A stretch of 60,234 nucleotides of DNA, the filler included, from an uncultured bacterium (GTDB lineage Bacteria > Latescibacterota > UBA2968): assembly GCA_964471275.1 (NCBI GenBank). It is 2 parts of 2 records of this genome, joined end to end, with 100 filler letters (N's around TTAATTAATTAA, not from the genome) between each part and the next. Parts side by side here need not be neighbours in the genome. Positions count along the whole stretch, not along the records: positions 1 to 30,768 come from CAYYGZ010000023.1; 1 more part is not named here. One strand, given 5' to 3'. Shown piece by piece: positions 18,837-29,183 of the stretch. The translations under genes were made by a program, and so were the position numbers. The notes under the pieces were generated by a model, which made no database searches, was not told the origin of the DNA, and worked only from the letters and a program-made list of their open reading frames with translations. Numbering within the stretch: the stretch's first letter is position 1; each line of letters opens with the position of its first letter.

Positions 18837-20183
18837 ATGGCTGATATCGATTGGGGAAGTGTAAGGAAGGAAGTTACCGGGTTCCTGCAGGATCTGATCC
18901 GGTTCGACACGACCAATCCGCCCGGCAACGAAACGCTGTGCGCAGGTTATATTGCCCGGATTCTGGCTGACGAGGGAATTCCATCGGATTTGACGGAATC
19001 GGAGCCCGGCCGTGGCAACATCGTTGCCCGGCTCAGCGGTGAGGAGGAGGACACGTTGATGCTTCTCGGTCACACGGATGTCGTGGCCGCAGAGCCGGAA
19101 CACTGGTCGCATCCGCCGTTCTCTGGCACGCTGCTGGATGACTACGTGTGGGGGAGAGGGGCACTCGACATGAAGGGAATGGTGGCGGTCGAGTTGATGA
19201 TCTTTCTGATGATCCATCGTCAGGGCCTGAAGCTGAACCGGGACCTGGTCTATGCGGCAACCGCAGACGAGGAGGCAGGGAAGGGCAATCACGGGATCGG
19301 ATGGCTGATCGATCATCATCCAGAGCAGGTCGAGACGAAGTACATTCTGACTGAAGGCGGTGGCGCCGATATCCATATTGGTGACGCTCGGTTCTTTACC
19401 GTGCAGACCGGGCAGAAGGGCATCTTCCGGTTCCGGCTGCGTGCGACGGGCCGACCGGGTCACGGCTCCGTTCCCCACGACGAGAATGCAGTCGTTCGGT
19501 TGTCGCAGGTGCTGGCCAGGATTGGGACAGCGGATCTTCCGATTCATCCCTCGCCCACCTTGAGGGCGTTTCTGGAAGGAATCGCCAAGACCCAGGATCC
19601 GAAAACCGCAATCTGCCTCCGTGATGTCATCGATCCCGAAAAATCCGAGGCGGCTCTTCTCCGGACACCGTTCGATGACGAAACGATTGCGAGTCTCCGA
19701 TCGCTCCTGAGGAATACGGTATCACCAACGATTCTGGAAGCGGGGACCAAGATCAATGTGATACCCGGAGAGGCGGTCGCGTGGGTCGATGGACGTCTGG
19801 CACCGGGGCAGACACAGGAGTCATTTCTGGCAGAGATCGGTCCACTTCTGGGAGAGGGCGTTTCTGTTGAGGTCGATCAGTACAGCCCACCGATCGAGGC
19901 GACCATCGAATCGCCTCTTTACCAGGGAATCGTAGACGCTCTATCCTGTCGGGAACCCGATGCGCACGTGATTCCTGCGCTTATGACAGGTGGGACAGAT
20001 GCAAAACACATTTTTCCCAGATGGCCCGAGACGCTCGTGTATGGCTTTATGCCGATGCGACAGATCTCTGGGGAAGAAGAGGGGTCACTTATTCACGGAC
20101 ACAACGAGCGGGTAACTGTCGACAATCTATTATTCGCGACGAAGATTCTGTATGATGTTGTCGCGCGTTTCTGTACAGACTAA
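18837..20183 (+). CDS. M20/M25/M40 family metallo-hydrolase
   Basis: LGHTDVV, GRGALDMKG, ADEE, GGTD, HGHNER. Confidence 0.92.
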   Translation: MADIDWGSVRKEVTGFLQDLIRFDTTNPPGNETLCAGYIARILADEGIPSDLTESEPGRGNIVARLSGEEEDTLMLLGHTDVVAAEPEHWSHPPFSGTLLDDYVWGRGALDMKGMVAVELMIFLMIHRQGLKLNRDLVYAATADEEAGKGNHGIGWLIDHHPEQVETKYILTEGGGADIHIGDARFFTVQTGQKGIFRFRLRATGRPGHGSVPHDENAVVRLSQVLARIGTADLPIHPSPTLRAFLEGIAKTQDPKTAICLRDVIDPEKSEAALLRTPFDDETIASLRSLLRNTVSPTILEAGTKINVIPGEAVAWVDGRLAPGQTQESFLAEIGPLLGEGVSVEVDQYSPPIEATIESPLYQGIVDALSCREPDAHVIPALMTGGTDAKHIFPRWPETLVYGFMPMRQISGEEEGSLIHGHNERVTVDNLLFATKILYDVVARFCTD

Positions 20184-20193
20184 GGGAAATAAG

Positions 20194-20757
20194 ATGAATC
20201 GAAACTCCTGGATGGTGGTTGTCCTGTGTTTGCTTACGGCTTGCGGATCAGAACAGAAGACGGACTCAACAGATTCGGCTGCATCGAATGCAGGCACACC
20301 ACTCGATCTGGATGGGGTCACGGTAGTGGTTCCCGAGGGCTGGGTGTCGTCGGAACCCTCATCATCGATGCGAAAAGCGCAGTTTGCACTCCCGAAGCAC
20401 GGTGATGATGCCGAGGACGCTGCCTTGGTGGTGTTCTATTTTGGGGCTGGAAACGCGGGCTCCGTGGAAGCGAACCTGGAGCGCTGGCGTGGGCAGATGA
20501 AGGGCGCGCAAGGGAATACGAAGAAGGCCTCAGTCAACGGGATGGCTGTCACGACACTCGATATCACGGGATCTTACGCCGCAGGCGTGGGGATGCAGAT
20601 GCAGCCGGGGCCTGAGGTCAATAACTATCACCTGATCGCCTCGATCGTCGAGAGCCCAGTTGGCGCCTACTACTTCAAGCTGACGGGTCCGGTACAGACG
20701 ATCGCTCACTGGCAGGACTCGTTCGAGAGGTTCGTCAACAGCGCGAAGGGATCCTGA
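20194..20757 (+). CDS. Hypothetical lipoprotein
   Basis: Lipobox LTAC; GSVEANLERWRGQ and YYFKLTGP segments. Confidence 0.75.
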   Translation: MNRNSWMVVVLCLLTACGSEQKTDSTDSAASNAGTPLDLDGVTVVVPEGWVSSEPSSSMRKAQFALPKHGDDAEDAALVVFYFGAGNAGSVEANLERWRGQMKGAQGNTKKASVNGMAVTTLDITGSYAAGVGMQMQPGPEVNNYHLIASIVESPVGAYYFKLTGPVQTIAHWQDSFERFVNSAKGS

Positions 20758-21737
20758 TGAGCGGCAAGGTTCTCATCACAGATTATGCTTGGGCAACACT
20801 CGATGTTGAGCGTTCCGTGCTCGATGAGATCAATGTCGAGCTGGTTGTTGCCCCGGACGGTGAGGAGGAGACGCTTATTCGTCTGGCCCAGGGCTGCGTC
20901 GGTATCCTGACGTGTTGGGCGCAGACGACACAGACGGTGATCGCTTCCGCGATGCCTGATCTGAAGGTCGTTGTCCGCTACGGGGTGGGACTGGACAACA
21001 TTGCGATTCCCTTTGCCACGGCGAATGGCATTCCGGTTGCCTATGTGCCGGACTACTGCTTTGTCGATGTGGCCGAGCACACAATGGCGCTACTTCTGTC
21101 ATTTGCCCGGAAGATCACGCCGTTCGATCGGTCGGTCCGGTCGGGGTCCTGGAGCATTCAGGATCGCGTCCCCCTTAATCGCTTGGCCGGACGAACCCTC
21201 GGTCTGATCGGCTTCGGTCAGATCCCGCAGGAGGTCGTTCCTCGAGCAAAGGTGTTTGGCATGCGCGTGATCGCACACTCCCGCTCTTTGACGGACGATC
21301 GTGCAGAGGCTGTCGGTGCCGAATGTGTGACTCTGGATGAAGTGCTGGAGCAGTCTGATTTCGTGTCGATTCACACACCCTTGACCGATGAAACGGATGG
21401 GATGATTGACGCGGCGGCCCTGAGGAGGATGAAGTCGACTGCGTTCCTGATCAACACGTCCAGGGGCGATGTGATCAACGAATCGGATCTGCTGGTGGCG
21501 CTCAAAGAGAACGAAATCGCGGGGGCCGCGCTCGATGTGAGGACGACTGAGCCACCGGCGGACGGTGATGAGCTGATTCATCTGGAAAACGTGATTCATA
21601 CCCCTCACGCGGGATTCTTCTCGACTGAGTCAATCGAAGAGCTTCAGTTCAAGGCGGCATCCGAAGTGAAGCGTGTGCTTGCGGGTGAGGATCCGGTTCG
21701 CCTGGTGAATCCGGAGTATCGGAATGCCGCACAATAG
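20757..21737 (+). CDS. D-isomer-specific 2-hydroxyacid dehydrogenase (CtBP-like)
   Basis: RYGVGLDNI, GLIGFGQI, INTSRG, TPHAG. Confidence 0.92.
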   Translation: MSGKVLITDYAWATLDVERSVLDEINVELVVAPDGEEETLIRLAQGCVGILTCWAQTTQTVIASAMPDLKVVVRYGVGLDNIAIPFATANGIPVAYVPDYCFVDVAEHTMALLLSFARKITPFDRSVRSGSWSIQDRVPLNRLAGRTLGLIGFGQIPQEVVPRAKVFGMRVIAHSRSLTDDRAEAVGAECVTLDEVLEQSDFVSIHTPLTDETDGMIDAAALRRMKSTAFLINTSRGDVINESDLLVALKENEIAGAALDVRTTEPPADGDELIHLENVIHTPHAGFFSTESIEELQFKAASEVKRVLAGEDPVRLVNPEYRNAAQ

Positions 21738-21765
21738 TTCAGAGATTTGAGGAAAGCGAAAGGCA

Positions 21766-22758
21766 ATGATGAGCAGACCCAAGATAGGCATTCTGGTGAA
21801 GACCTCTTTGCGTGAACGCATCCTGAGCGATGAGGATCTGCAAAAGCTGAAATCCTTCGCTGACGTCGAGATCAATCCGGAGGATCGAGACTATTCCGAG
21901 GAGGAGGCCGCGGATTTCCTGGTCGGAAAAGATGGTGCGATGTCGAGCTGGCGCGTGACGAACCTGACACCCGGTATCCTGGAGAAATCACCGGGACTCA
22001 AGATCTGGGCATACGGTGCAGGAACCGTGAAGGGCAAGATCTGCGAGGAGGCCTGGGAAAAAGGCGTCGTCGTGACGAGTTCGGCCCCCTCCATTGCCGA
22101 TGATGTTGCCGAACTGACGATGGGATTCATCACGATCGGACTGAGACGGGTGATCCCCTATATGCGAGAGATGCAGACCAACGAGCCGGCTCTCAAGCCG
22201 CTGTCGAGGTCTCTCTACCGACGAACGGTTGGAGTTATTTCTGCCAGCCAGGTGGGACAGCGAGTGATGAGATTGCTTGCACCCTACGGTGTTCGCGTCC
22301 TCCTGTATGATCCCTTTATGTCCGAAGCTCGTGCCCGTGACGAGTTTGGGGCGGAACTCATGGATCTCGTGACGATCGCAAAGGAGAGTGATGTGGTCAC
22401 GATCCACGCTCCGAAGCTCGATGCGACATACCAGATGGTTAACGCCACGCATTTTCAGATGATGAAGGATGACGCTGTCTTTGTGAACACATCACGAGGA
22501 GACAACATCGATGAAGCGGCCCTGATTACAGAGCTAGAGAAGGGCCGTCTGTTTGCCTTTCTGGATGTGACGAGTCCCGAGCCGCCCCTCGCGGACAGCC
22601 CCCTGCGGAAGCTGCCGAATTGCGTTCTGACGCCCCACGTTGCCGGACAGCAATCGTATCGGATCGGGAACCAGGTGGTGGAAGAAATAAGGCGTTGCTT
22701 CGCGGGAGAAGAGCAGGTGTTCCAGGTGACGCGTGAGATGCTGGATAGGCTCGCATAG
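21766..22758 (+). CDS. D-isomer-specific 2-hydroxyacid dehydrogenase
   Basis: VNTSRG, LDVTSPEP, TPHVAG; atypical Rossmann loop GVISASQVG. Confidence 0.88.
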   Translation: MMSRPKIGILVKTSLRERILSDEDLQKLKSFADVEINPEDRDYSEEEAADFLVGKDGAMSSWRVTNLTPGILEKSPGLKIWAYGAGTVKGKICEEAWEKGVVVTSSAPSIADDVAELTMGFITIGLRRVIPYMREMQTNEPALKPLSRSLYRRTVGVISASQVGQRVMRLLAPYGVRVLLYDPFMSEARARDEFGAELMDLVTIAKESDVVTIHAPKLDATYQMVNATHFQMMKDDAVFVNTSRGDNIDEAALITELEKGRLFAFLDVTSPEPPLADSPLRKLPNCVLTPHVAGQQSYRIGNQVVEEIRRCFAGEEQVFQVTREMLDRLA

Positions 22759-22988
22759 AGTCCGCGTTGGCAGGGAGCTAGGCGTGCGCAAGGCGCATTA
22801 CGCAAGGTGCAAAGGAGCGCGTTACCGGTTCGCTATTGTGGGTACACAACTTCGGGGTGTAAGACGCGTAGGATTTGCTTTCTCTGTGCGATTCGGGTGG
22901 TGTGTAGGGCGCAAAGCTCAGCCATCGCAGGTTGGGTCGGGATACTTGGAGCAAGTCAAGCTCTGGATCGCTAACCAGAAAGGCACCT

Positions 22989-23636
22989 TTGAGCGAGTTC
23001 AAATTGGCCGATGATCAAACGATGTTGTTCATCGGAGATAGCATAACGGAATGTGGGCGAAGGGGGGCTGATGCGCCGTTGGGGGGCGGGTATGTTCGGC
23101 TGTTTACAGAACTCGCTACGGCGAATTATCCCGACCGCGTGATTCGCTACATCAACAAAGGGATTGGTGGAAATCGGATCACACATCTGAAGGAGCGGTG
23201 GCATGATGATGTGTTCGAGAATCGGCCGAATCGATTGTCGATCAAGATCGGGATCAACGATCTGCACAGTGTTCTGCGCGCTGCAGAAGGCCCTGTATCG
23301 CCGGCGCTGTTCGAAGAGATCTACGAGGAGCTCCTGAGCTCAACCGCAGATACACTGGGATGTCCGGTTACACTCTTGAGCCCGTTCTATATTTCAACCG
23401 ACAGGACAAGCGATACCTTCCGGCGTAGAGTGCTCGATTTTATCCCAGAGTATATCTCGGTCGTCGAGAAGATGAGTGAGCGCCATGGCACGGGTCTGAT
23501 CTGTCTGCATACCCTCTTCGCGGCCCAACTGAAGACCCGCGACGCCGAGGCCTTTTGTCCCGAACCTGTTCATCCAAACCGAACCGGCCATATGGTCATC
23601 GCGAAGGCGTTGTTCGACTCTCTTCACCAGCCGTAA
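22989..23636 (+). CDS. SGNH/GDSL hydrolase
   Basis: FIGDSIT, NKGIGG, GIND, VHPN; TTG start after AGAAAGG. Confidence 0.88.
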   Translation: MSEFKLADDQTMLFIGDSITECGRRGADAPLGGGYVRLFTELATANYPDRVIRYINKGIGGNRITHLKERWHDDVFENRPNRLSIKIGINDLHSVLRAAEGPVSPALFEEIYEELLSSTADTLGCPVTLLSPFYISTDRTSDTFRRRVLDFIPEYISVVEKMSERHGTGLICLHTLFAAQLKTRDAEAFCPEPVHPNRTGHMVIAKALFDSLHQP

Positions 23637-23967
23637 ACCACAAACTCACATAGACGCGAAGCACAGCAAAGGCAAGGGCTGCCTGCTCCATGCCCCAGGC
23701 GGGACAGAGGGGAGGGCGCGGTGGCCACGCGCTCTTTGGCGAGAGGCTGGCCTTCTGAAAGAAAACGGCCATCACCAAAGGTACCCAGGTAGGTTCCTAC
23801 CGGGATGACGTGCAATCGGGCCTGATTCAACATCCGACGATGTTGGACCGGAAAGCATTACAGGGCCGGCTATTATAGGTTGGCTACCTGGGATACCTGG
23901 GCAATGGCCAGATGCCCAAAAGATAGGCAACCCCTCACCGACATCAAATGGAAAGTCATCCACCTTT

Positions 23968-24882
23968 TTGCGATTTCTCACCCTCTGGGCTGTGACCCTG
24001 GCGCTGTCGCCAGTTACTGGCCAGACGCTCGCCGAACGTCTCGGATACAAGGCCACGGATCGGCTCCTGATCGTCAATGCGGACGATGTCGGTATGTCAC
24101 ACGAAGCCAACGTCGCTTCGATCGACGGAATGGAGAACGGCCAGATTACAAGCGGAAGTATTATGGTGCCGTGTCCGTGGTTCGCCGAGATCGCCCAGTA
24201 TGCCCGCAAGCATCCACTGGCAGACTTCGGGCTGCACCTGACACACACGAGCGAGTGGAAGCCATATCGGTGGGGGCCGGTCTCTGACAAGAGTGTCGTG
24301 TCGGGCCTTGTGGATTCGTTGGGCTATCTCTGGCCCGGAATCGAGGAGGTTTATGCCAATTCGACGCCACACGCGGCCGAGATCGAGGCACGCGAGCAGA
24401 TCCAACAGGCGATCAGATCGGGGATAGATGTGACGCACCTCGATTCGCACATGGGCACCCTCCAGTATGATTCCGGGTATCACGGGGTCTACCTCAAACT
24501 GGCACTTGAGTACGATCTGCCGATACGCGTCGCCTCCGCTGCGACGCTGGATGCTTTTGGGATGACCGATAGACGAGCGAGAATTGCCGCGGCCGGTATC
24601 GTGTTCCCCGACTATCTGATTCACGATCAGAAAAGAGATGGCGAGACAACTCGCAAGTACTGGAAGCGAATTGTAACCGAGTTGGAGCCTGGCGTAACCG
24701 AACTCTATATCCATCCCGCTCGGGAATCTGACGCGCTCAAGCGGATGACGAATCACTGGAAGGCCCGGGTGGACGAGTATGGGCTCTTCACCAATGATCC
24801 AGAAATGGTTAGTCTCCTGGAGGAGAATGAAGTCATCCTGATTGGGTGGCGTGCATTGAGAGATCTACAGTGGAGTGAGTGA
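23968..24882 (+). CDS. ChbG/YdjC-family deacetylase, probably secreted
   Basis: NADDVG, GLHLT, THLDSHM, ELYIHP; signal-like N-terminus. Confidence 0.88.
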   Translation: MRFLTLWAVTLALSPVTGQTLAERLGYKATDRLLIVNADDVGMSHEANVASIDGMENGQITSGSIMVPCPWFAEIAQYARKHPLADFGLHLTHTSEWKPYRWGPVSDKSVVSGLVDSLGYLWPGIEEVYANSTPHAAEIEAREQIQQAIRSGIDVTHLDSHMGTLQYDSGYHGVYLKLALEYDLPIRVASAATLDAFGMTDRRARIAAAGIVFPDYLIHDQKRDGETTRKYWKRIVTELEPGVTELYIHPARESDALKRMTNHWKARVDEYGLFTNDPEMVSLLEENEVILIGWRALRDLQWSE

Positions 24883-25040
24883 AACCGAAAGGTGTTCTTC
24901 AAGCGGTGAGACTCGGTTCCGACAGGGAATTGCCGGCGTAGACCGGATTGTCCTCGATACGACCACGATAGCTGCTGGCCCTCAGATCTTCGTCGTCCGC
25001 TCCCATACGAGGTTAGTCAGGATGATCGACTGCAGAGAAG

Positions 25041-26063
25041 CTACCTCCAAATCTGTTCAAAGACTCGCATGAAGTTCTCTCCCAGGATCAACTGGACATC
25101 CTCGGGTTTGTAGCCGTGATCCAACAGTTTTTCTGTGATCGTCGGGAAGATGTTGGCGTCCTCAACCAGGGTCCCACCTCCATCGAAGTCTGATCCAATG
25201 CCGACGTGCCGGGGACCTACAAGCTGGACGGCGTGGTCGATATGCTCGATGAACTTCTCGAATGACGGCGATTCTGAGTGAACAAAATGCGGAACGAAGG
25301 TCATCCCCATCACACCCCCGTTTTCTGCCAGCATCCTGATCTGTTCGTCGGTCAGGTTCCTGGGATGATTACAGATTGCCGCGCACGTGGTGTGCGTGTT
25401 GATGACCGGAACTGTCACGTTGTCCAGGACGTCTCGATAGCCGGCTTCGCTGATGTGAGCGACATCTACAGCTATTCCGATTCTGTTCATCTCCTTTACA
25501 AGCGCAACCCCGAAGGTGGTCAGCCCGCCGCCGCTTCTGGCTTCCTCGTTCCCGTCAGCGGCTCGGCTGCTCGTGTTGTGGGTCAGTCCCATCGATCGCA
25601 CACCGACCCTGTGGAGCATCCGAAGCACATTCAGGCTGCCTTCGGTCGCATCGCTGTTCTCGACCGCCATGATGACAGCGATCTTGTCGTTTGACTTCGT
25701 ATCCCGGATATCCCCAGCTGCAAGGGCGAGACGCACGTCACCGTCTGTGGCTTCGATTTCAGTGTCAAGGGCACCCAGTGCATCCAGTGCATAGATCAGG
25801 TGATTGTTTCGTGCGAGTGTCACATCGATCGCAAATAACGCTGCGTCGATTCCGCCCGAGCGCATCTTCGGAAAATTGATCTGTATCTCGATATCGGCCG
25901 CAGGTGAGGCAAGATGTCCGCGTAAATAGGAGACCGTGCCTTTCGTCTCGTGAAGGAAAGGTCCTCCTGACAGGCTCGTCGTCCCCCGACGCTGATGTGA
26001 GACAATTGTGTCGTTGTGGCCATCGATGACGAGTGACCGAGTGTGGAAGTGGGAGGCATCCAT
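25041..26063 (-). CDS. Membrane dipeptidase (peptidase M19) family protein
   Basis: IDGHND, DVAH, HPRNLTD, GIGSDFDG; true start MDASH at 26063 after GGAG. Confidence 0.9.
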   Translation of the reverse strand: MDASHFHTRSLVIDGHNDTIVSHQRRGTTSLSGGPFLHETKGTVSYLRGHLASPAADIEIQINFPKMRSGGIDAALFAIDVTLARNNHLIYALDALGALDTEIEATDGDVRLALAAGDIRDTKSNDKIAVIMAVENSDATEGSLNVLRMLHRVGVRSMGLTHNTSSRAADGNEEARSGGGLTTFGVALVKEMNRIGIAVDVAHISEAGYRDVLDNVTVPVINTHTTCAAICNHPRNLTDEQIRMLAENGGVMGMTFVPHFVHSESPSFEKFIEHIDHAVQLVGPRHVGIGSDFDGGGTLVEDANIFPTITEKLLDHGYKPEDVQLILGENFMRVFEQIWR

Positions 26064-26153
26064 CGTGTTTCTCCGCTGGTTCGAGGTATCGTGTTTTGAT
26101 ACAGTCAATATGAAGCGCTTGAGAATCGTCGCAAAAGGAAAAGAGGAGATCCT

Positions 26154-27578
26154 ATGGTTGACCGGCCAAACATCATTCTGATCATCACGGACCAGCAGCG
26201 TTACGACACGATCAATGCGCTGGGATACCCGTATGTCGATACGCCGAATCTGGATCGGTTGGTTCGAGAGGGTGTGACGATGGAGAACTGCTTCATCACT
26301 GCACCATCCTGCGCCCCCGCAAGGGCAAGCCTCTTTACGGGTTACTTTCCGCATACGACGGGAATACACAAGAACGGAGACCGTTGGACCCGCTCGTGGG
26401 TCGAACTGCTCAGCGATTCGGGGTATCACTGCGTGAATGTGGGCAAGATGCACACGTCCCCATTCGAGACACCCCTCGGTTTCCACGAACGATACGTGGT
26501 CGAGAACAAGGATCGGTATCTAGAAGGTCGCTACTACTTCGATGAGTGGGACAAGGCGCTCGCCGCACGAGGACTCGTGAAGCAGCAGCGAGAGCAGTAT
26601 CGAAAACTTCCCGACTACAACGAGCGACTGGGAGCCTTCGAGTGGAAGCTCCCGAGAGACATGCATCCGGACGTGTTCGTGGGGGATACGGCTCTGTGGT
26701 GGCTGGACACCAAGCCTATCGACAAACCTCTCTTTCTCGAAATCGGGTTTCCCGGACCACATCCGCCCTACGACCCAACGGCCGAGGACGCCGAGCCCTA
26801 TCTGAATCGCGACCTGCAGATCGATGAGGTGCTAGATGAGGATCTGGTGGGACAGCCGCCGCCGCTCAAGGCTATGCGGCAACATAACTGCGATGTCGAC
26901 CACGATTCGGTCGTGCATCAGCTCAACCCGACGACCGAGCAAAGACAGCGTCAGCGGGCCTACTACCTCGCGAATGTGACGATGATCGACGAAAGGGTCG
27001 GAAAGATCCTCGACAAGCTTGAGAAGAAGAATCTTCTGGAAAACTCCGTGGTGATCTTCACCTCAGACCACGGCGATTGCCTCGGCGATCACGGTCACAG
27101 CCAGAAGTGGACGATGTATGACACGATTACGTGCATTCCTATGATCGTGCGATCAACCGCGCACAAGGGTAACCTGAAACACGACGGTTTGTGCCAATGG
27201 ATGGATCTGGGATCCACGGTTCTGGAGCTTGCAGGTGTGGATCCGCCGGATTCCTTCGAGGCTGAGTCGCTTGTTCCGGTGCTGGAGGGCAAGGAGGTCG
27301 ACGGTCGCGAGTTCGTGTTCTCCGAGCACGGACGGGATGGGATCCTACAGGAGACGGAGTTCATGACGATGGTTCGGAATAAGGAATGGAAGCTTGTCCA
27401 CTTCCTTGGCGAGGACTTCGGACAGCTCTTTGATCTGAGCAACGATCCCGGCGAGATCCGGAACCTCTGGGATGAACCGGATATGGCGCCCAGAAAGCAG
27501 GAGCTGCTGGATGCGATGCAGCAGTGGTTACTCGCGAGCCACGTTAGATCGAAAGACTGGGCGGAAGCATATAGATAG
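26154..27578 (+). CDS. Cys-type (formylglycine) sulfatase
   Basis: RPNIILIITDQQR, CAPAR signature, GKMH, PHPP, SDHGD. Confidence 0.93.
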   Translation: MVDRPNIILIITDQQRYDTINALGYPYVDTPNLDRLVREGVTMENCFITAPSCAPARASLFTGYFPHTTGIHKNGDRWTRSWVELLSDSGYHCVNVGKMHTSPFETPLGFHERYVVENKDRYLEGRYYFDEWDKALAARGLVKQQREQYRKLPDYNERLGAFEWKLPRDMHPDVFVGDTALWWLDTKPIDKPLFLEIGFPGPHPPYDPTAEDAEPYLNRDLQIDEVLDEDLVGQPPPLKAMRQHNCDVDHDSVVHQLNPTTEQRQRQRAYYLANVTMIDERVGKILDKLEKKNLLENSVVIFTSDHGDCLGDHGHSQKWTMYDTITCIPMIVRSTAHKGNLKHDGLCQWMDLGSTVLELAGVDPPDSFEAESLVPVLEGKEVDGREFVFSEHGRDGILQETEFMTMVRNKEWKLVHFLGEDFGQLFDLSNDPGEIRNLWDEPDMAPRKQELLDAMQQWLLASHVRSKDWAEAYR

Positions 27579-27742
27579 AGGATTGAGAATCTAGGATTGA
27601 GGATTTGAGGCAGTGCGCGGGTTTTCAACACTTCCTACAGGGAAGGACGACGCCTCGACTCGCGCTCGGTGTGATGGAGTCATCTGGTCGTGTAGCCCAG
27701 ATCCTTGCGTGGTTCTGGCTGGCATTTCTAGAGAAAGGCGAG

Positions 27743-28153
27743 CTATTCGCTTTCAAGGTTGGTGCGGTCGCGTCGGATCAGGCGCCAGTGGTAGAGGTAG
27801 ACGGGCAAGCCCACAAGAATAAAGCTCAGGTTATTCGCAGCCTCGCGATGTCTTCTTGCCGTGACGGGATCGACCGATTTCCGTCTTTCGCGCCACTCGG
27901 CGTAATCTTCCGCCCACTGCTTCTTCAAGAGCGAATCCCGAAACACGGCGCGGCTTTCGCCATCGATACGTTCGGCAGGCGAAATGCCATACGGTTTGGG
28001 CGGCATTTCGTGATACATTCGCTGCTCGTCATCGGACTGTGTGAAGATGAACGTCCTCAGACCCATCGATATAAAACCGGATCCCCCGATGAGGACGAGA
28101 ATGATTCAAATCAACGAGAGCAGGTAGAGGTAGATCGCTCTGATCAGGTTTAT
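27743..28153 (-). pseudogene. Membrane protein pseudogene with in-frame TGA at 28106-28108 and no clear start codon
   Basis: Frame reads INLIRAIYLYLLSLI*IILVLIGGSGFISMGLRTF...LSFILVGLPVYLYHW; no ATG/GTG before IRAIYLY. Confidence 0.55.
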
Positions 28154-28335
28154 TCTGGGAAAATGTGACCTCGCAGGTTACGCCTATTGGCAGTGTTCAG
28201 ACAACTCATTTGACCCGGTCGTGTCTGGCAATTTGGTTGCTCTTCGATAAGGCACGTCTGTCTGCGTCCTGCAACCGCATAGTGATTGGCAACGAGGTCA
28301 CTCAGGAGAACCGGCAACGTTCGTCGCCTCACGGT

Positions 28336-28770
28336 TCAGGAGAGGCGTTCCTTTAGCGCATCGAAGCCGCCCTGGAAGACTCCATTCCCAATCAATGCAC
28401 GCATATCTGGTTCTGCATCGGTATCGAATTCTGCAGACCATTCGATGAATGACCGATCACCATCGGTTATCTCGGTCAGCTTGATTGTCGCGACATAGCC
28501 TGCTACCGGCATTGGTGATTCCAGGATCGAGTAGGTGGTNNNNNNNNNNTACTCGATATCGCTGTGTGCCAGAAGCTGCTCTCTGATGCTCCCGCCGTCC
28601 TGCAGGTTAAAGTTACGTATGCAGCCAACCTTGTCACTGGGATGCCCATCCTCAATGGCGCTGTCAGCTACGGCAGGATGCCAGGTCGGGAGGCCATTGA
28701 AGTCGCGGATTTTCGACCACACAAGATCAACCGGTGCATCGATTACAGAGCTCTTGTATATCCGGATCAT
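28336..28770 (-). CDS. SRPBCC / polyketide cyclase-like protein (10-N gap inside)
   Basis: IDAPVDLVWSKIRDFNGLPTWHP; RBS AGGAGG. Confidence 0.85.
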   Translation of the reverse strand: MIRIYKSSVIDAPVDLVWSKIRDFNGLPTWHPAVADSAIEDGHPSDKVGCIRNFNLQDGGSIREQLLAHSDIEXXXXTTYSILESPMPVAGYVATIKLTEITDGDRSFIEWSAEFDTDAEPDMRALIGNGVFQGGFDALKERLS

Positions 28771-28785
28771 ACTATCCTCCTGTTT

Positions 28786-28870
28786 TTAGTCTTCGTCCCA
28801 CCAGTCTTCGAGCAGGCTTTCACCCGCCTCGTAGAGTTTGATTTCCACCTCTTCCTCAACGGTGTCCGGA
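28786..28870 (-). pseudogene. Possible orphan 3' end of a gene cut off next to an IS
   Basis: DTVEEEVEIKLYEAGESLLEDWWDED* ends just before the SRPBCC RBS; upstream is IS remnant. Confidence 0.4.
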
Positions 28871-28924
28871 CATCGCCGTAGCCGGCAGTGGGACAATGCA
28901 ATGCATTGCAACAGCACGGATTGC

Positions 28925-29130
28925 TCATTCCAAGCGCCACCGGTAGTAGGTCTGTTCGCTGATGCCCAACTCACGCACCACCTAGGCGATCGTCTTGCCC
29001 TCNNNNNNNNNNAGCTTGACGAAAGTGCCCGATGATCTGCTCTGCTGTATAACGCCTCCTGGTCACGTGGGCCCCTTTCTATGTCCCATATCCTAACTTT
29101 AGGACTGGTAACATTCTAGGGGGCAGGTCA
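28925..29130 (-). mobile_element. IS3-family (IS407-like) left end with degraded orfA
   Basis: IRL TGACCTGCCCCCTAGAATG; orfA VTRRRYTAEQIIGHFRQA...GKTIA*VVRELGISEQTYYRWR. Confidence 0.85.
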
Positions 29131-29183
29131 ATCAGCAACCGCATTCTAGCTCTGGATGTGGACACATTGATGGGGGCAGGTCA
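29131..29183 (+). mobile_element. Orphan IS3-family right end
   Basis: ATCAGCAACCGCATTCTAGCTCTGGATGTGGACACATTGATGGGGGCAGGTCA closely matches 31135-31187 and, in part, 49541-49580. Confidence 0.85.

Noticed and set aside
26064..26486. 140-aa N-terminal extension of the dipeptidase ORF
   Set aside because: Antisense shadow of the sulfatase; family similarity and an RBS begin at 26063
27605..28168. 187-aa plus-strand ORF
   Set aside because: No recognisable motifs; antisense to the membrane-protein pseudogene
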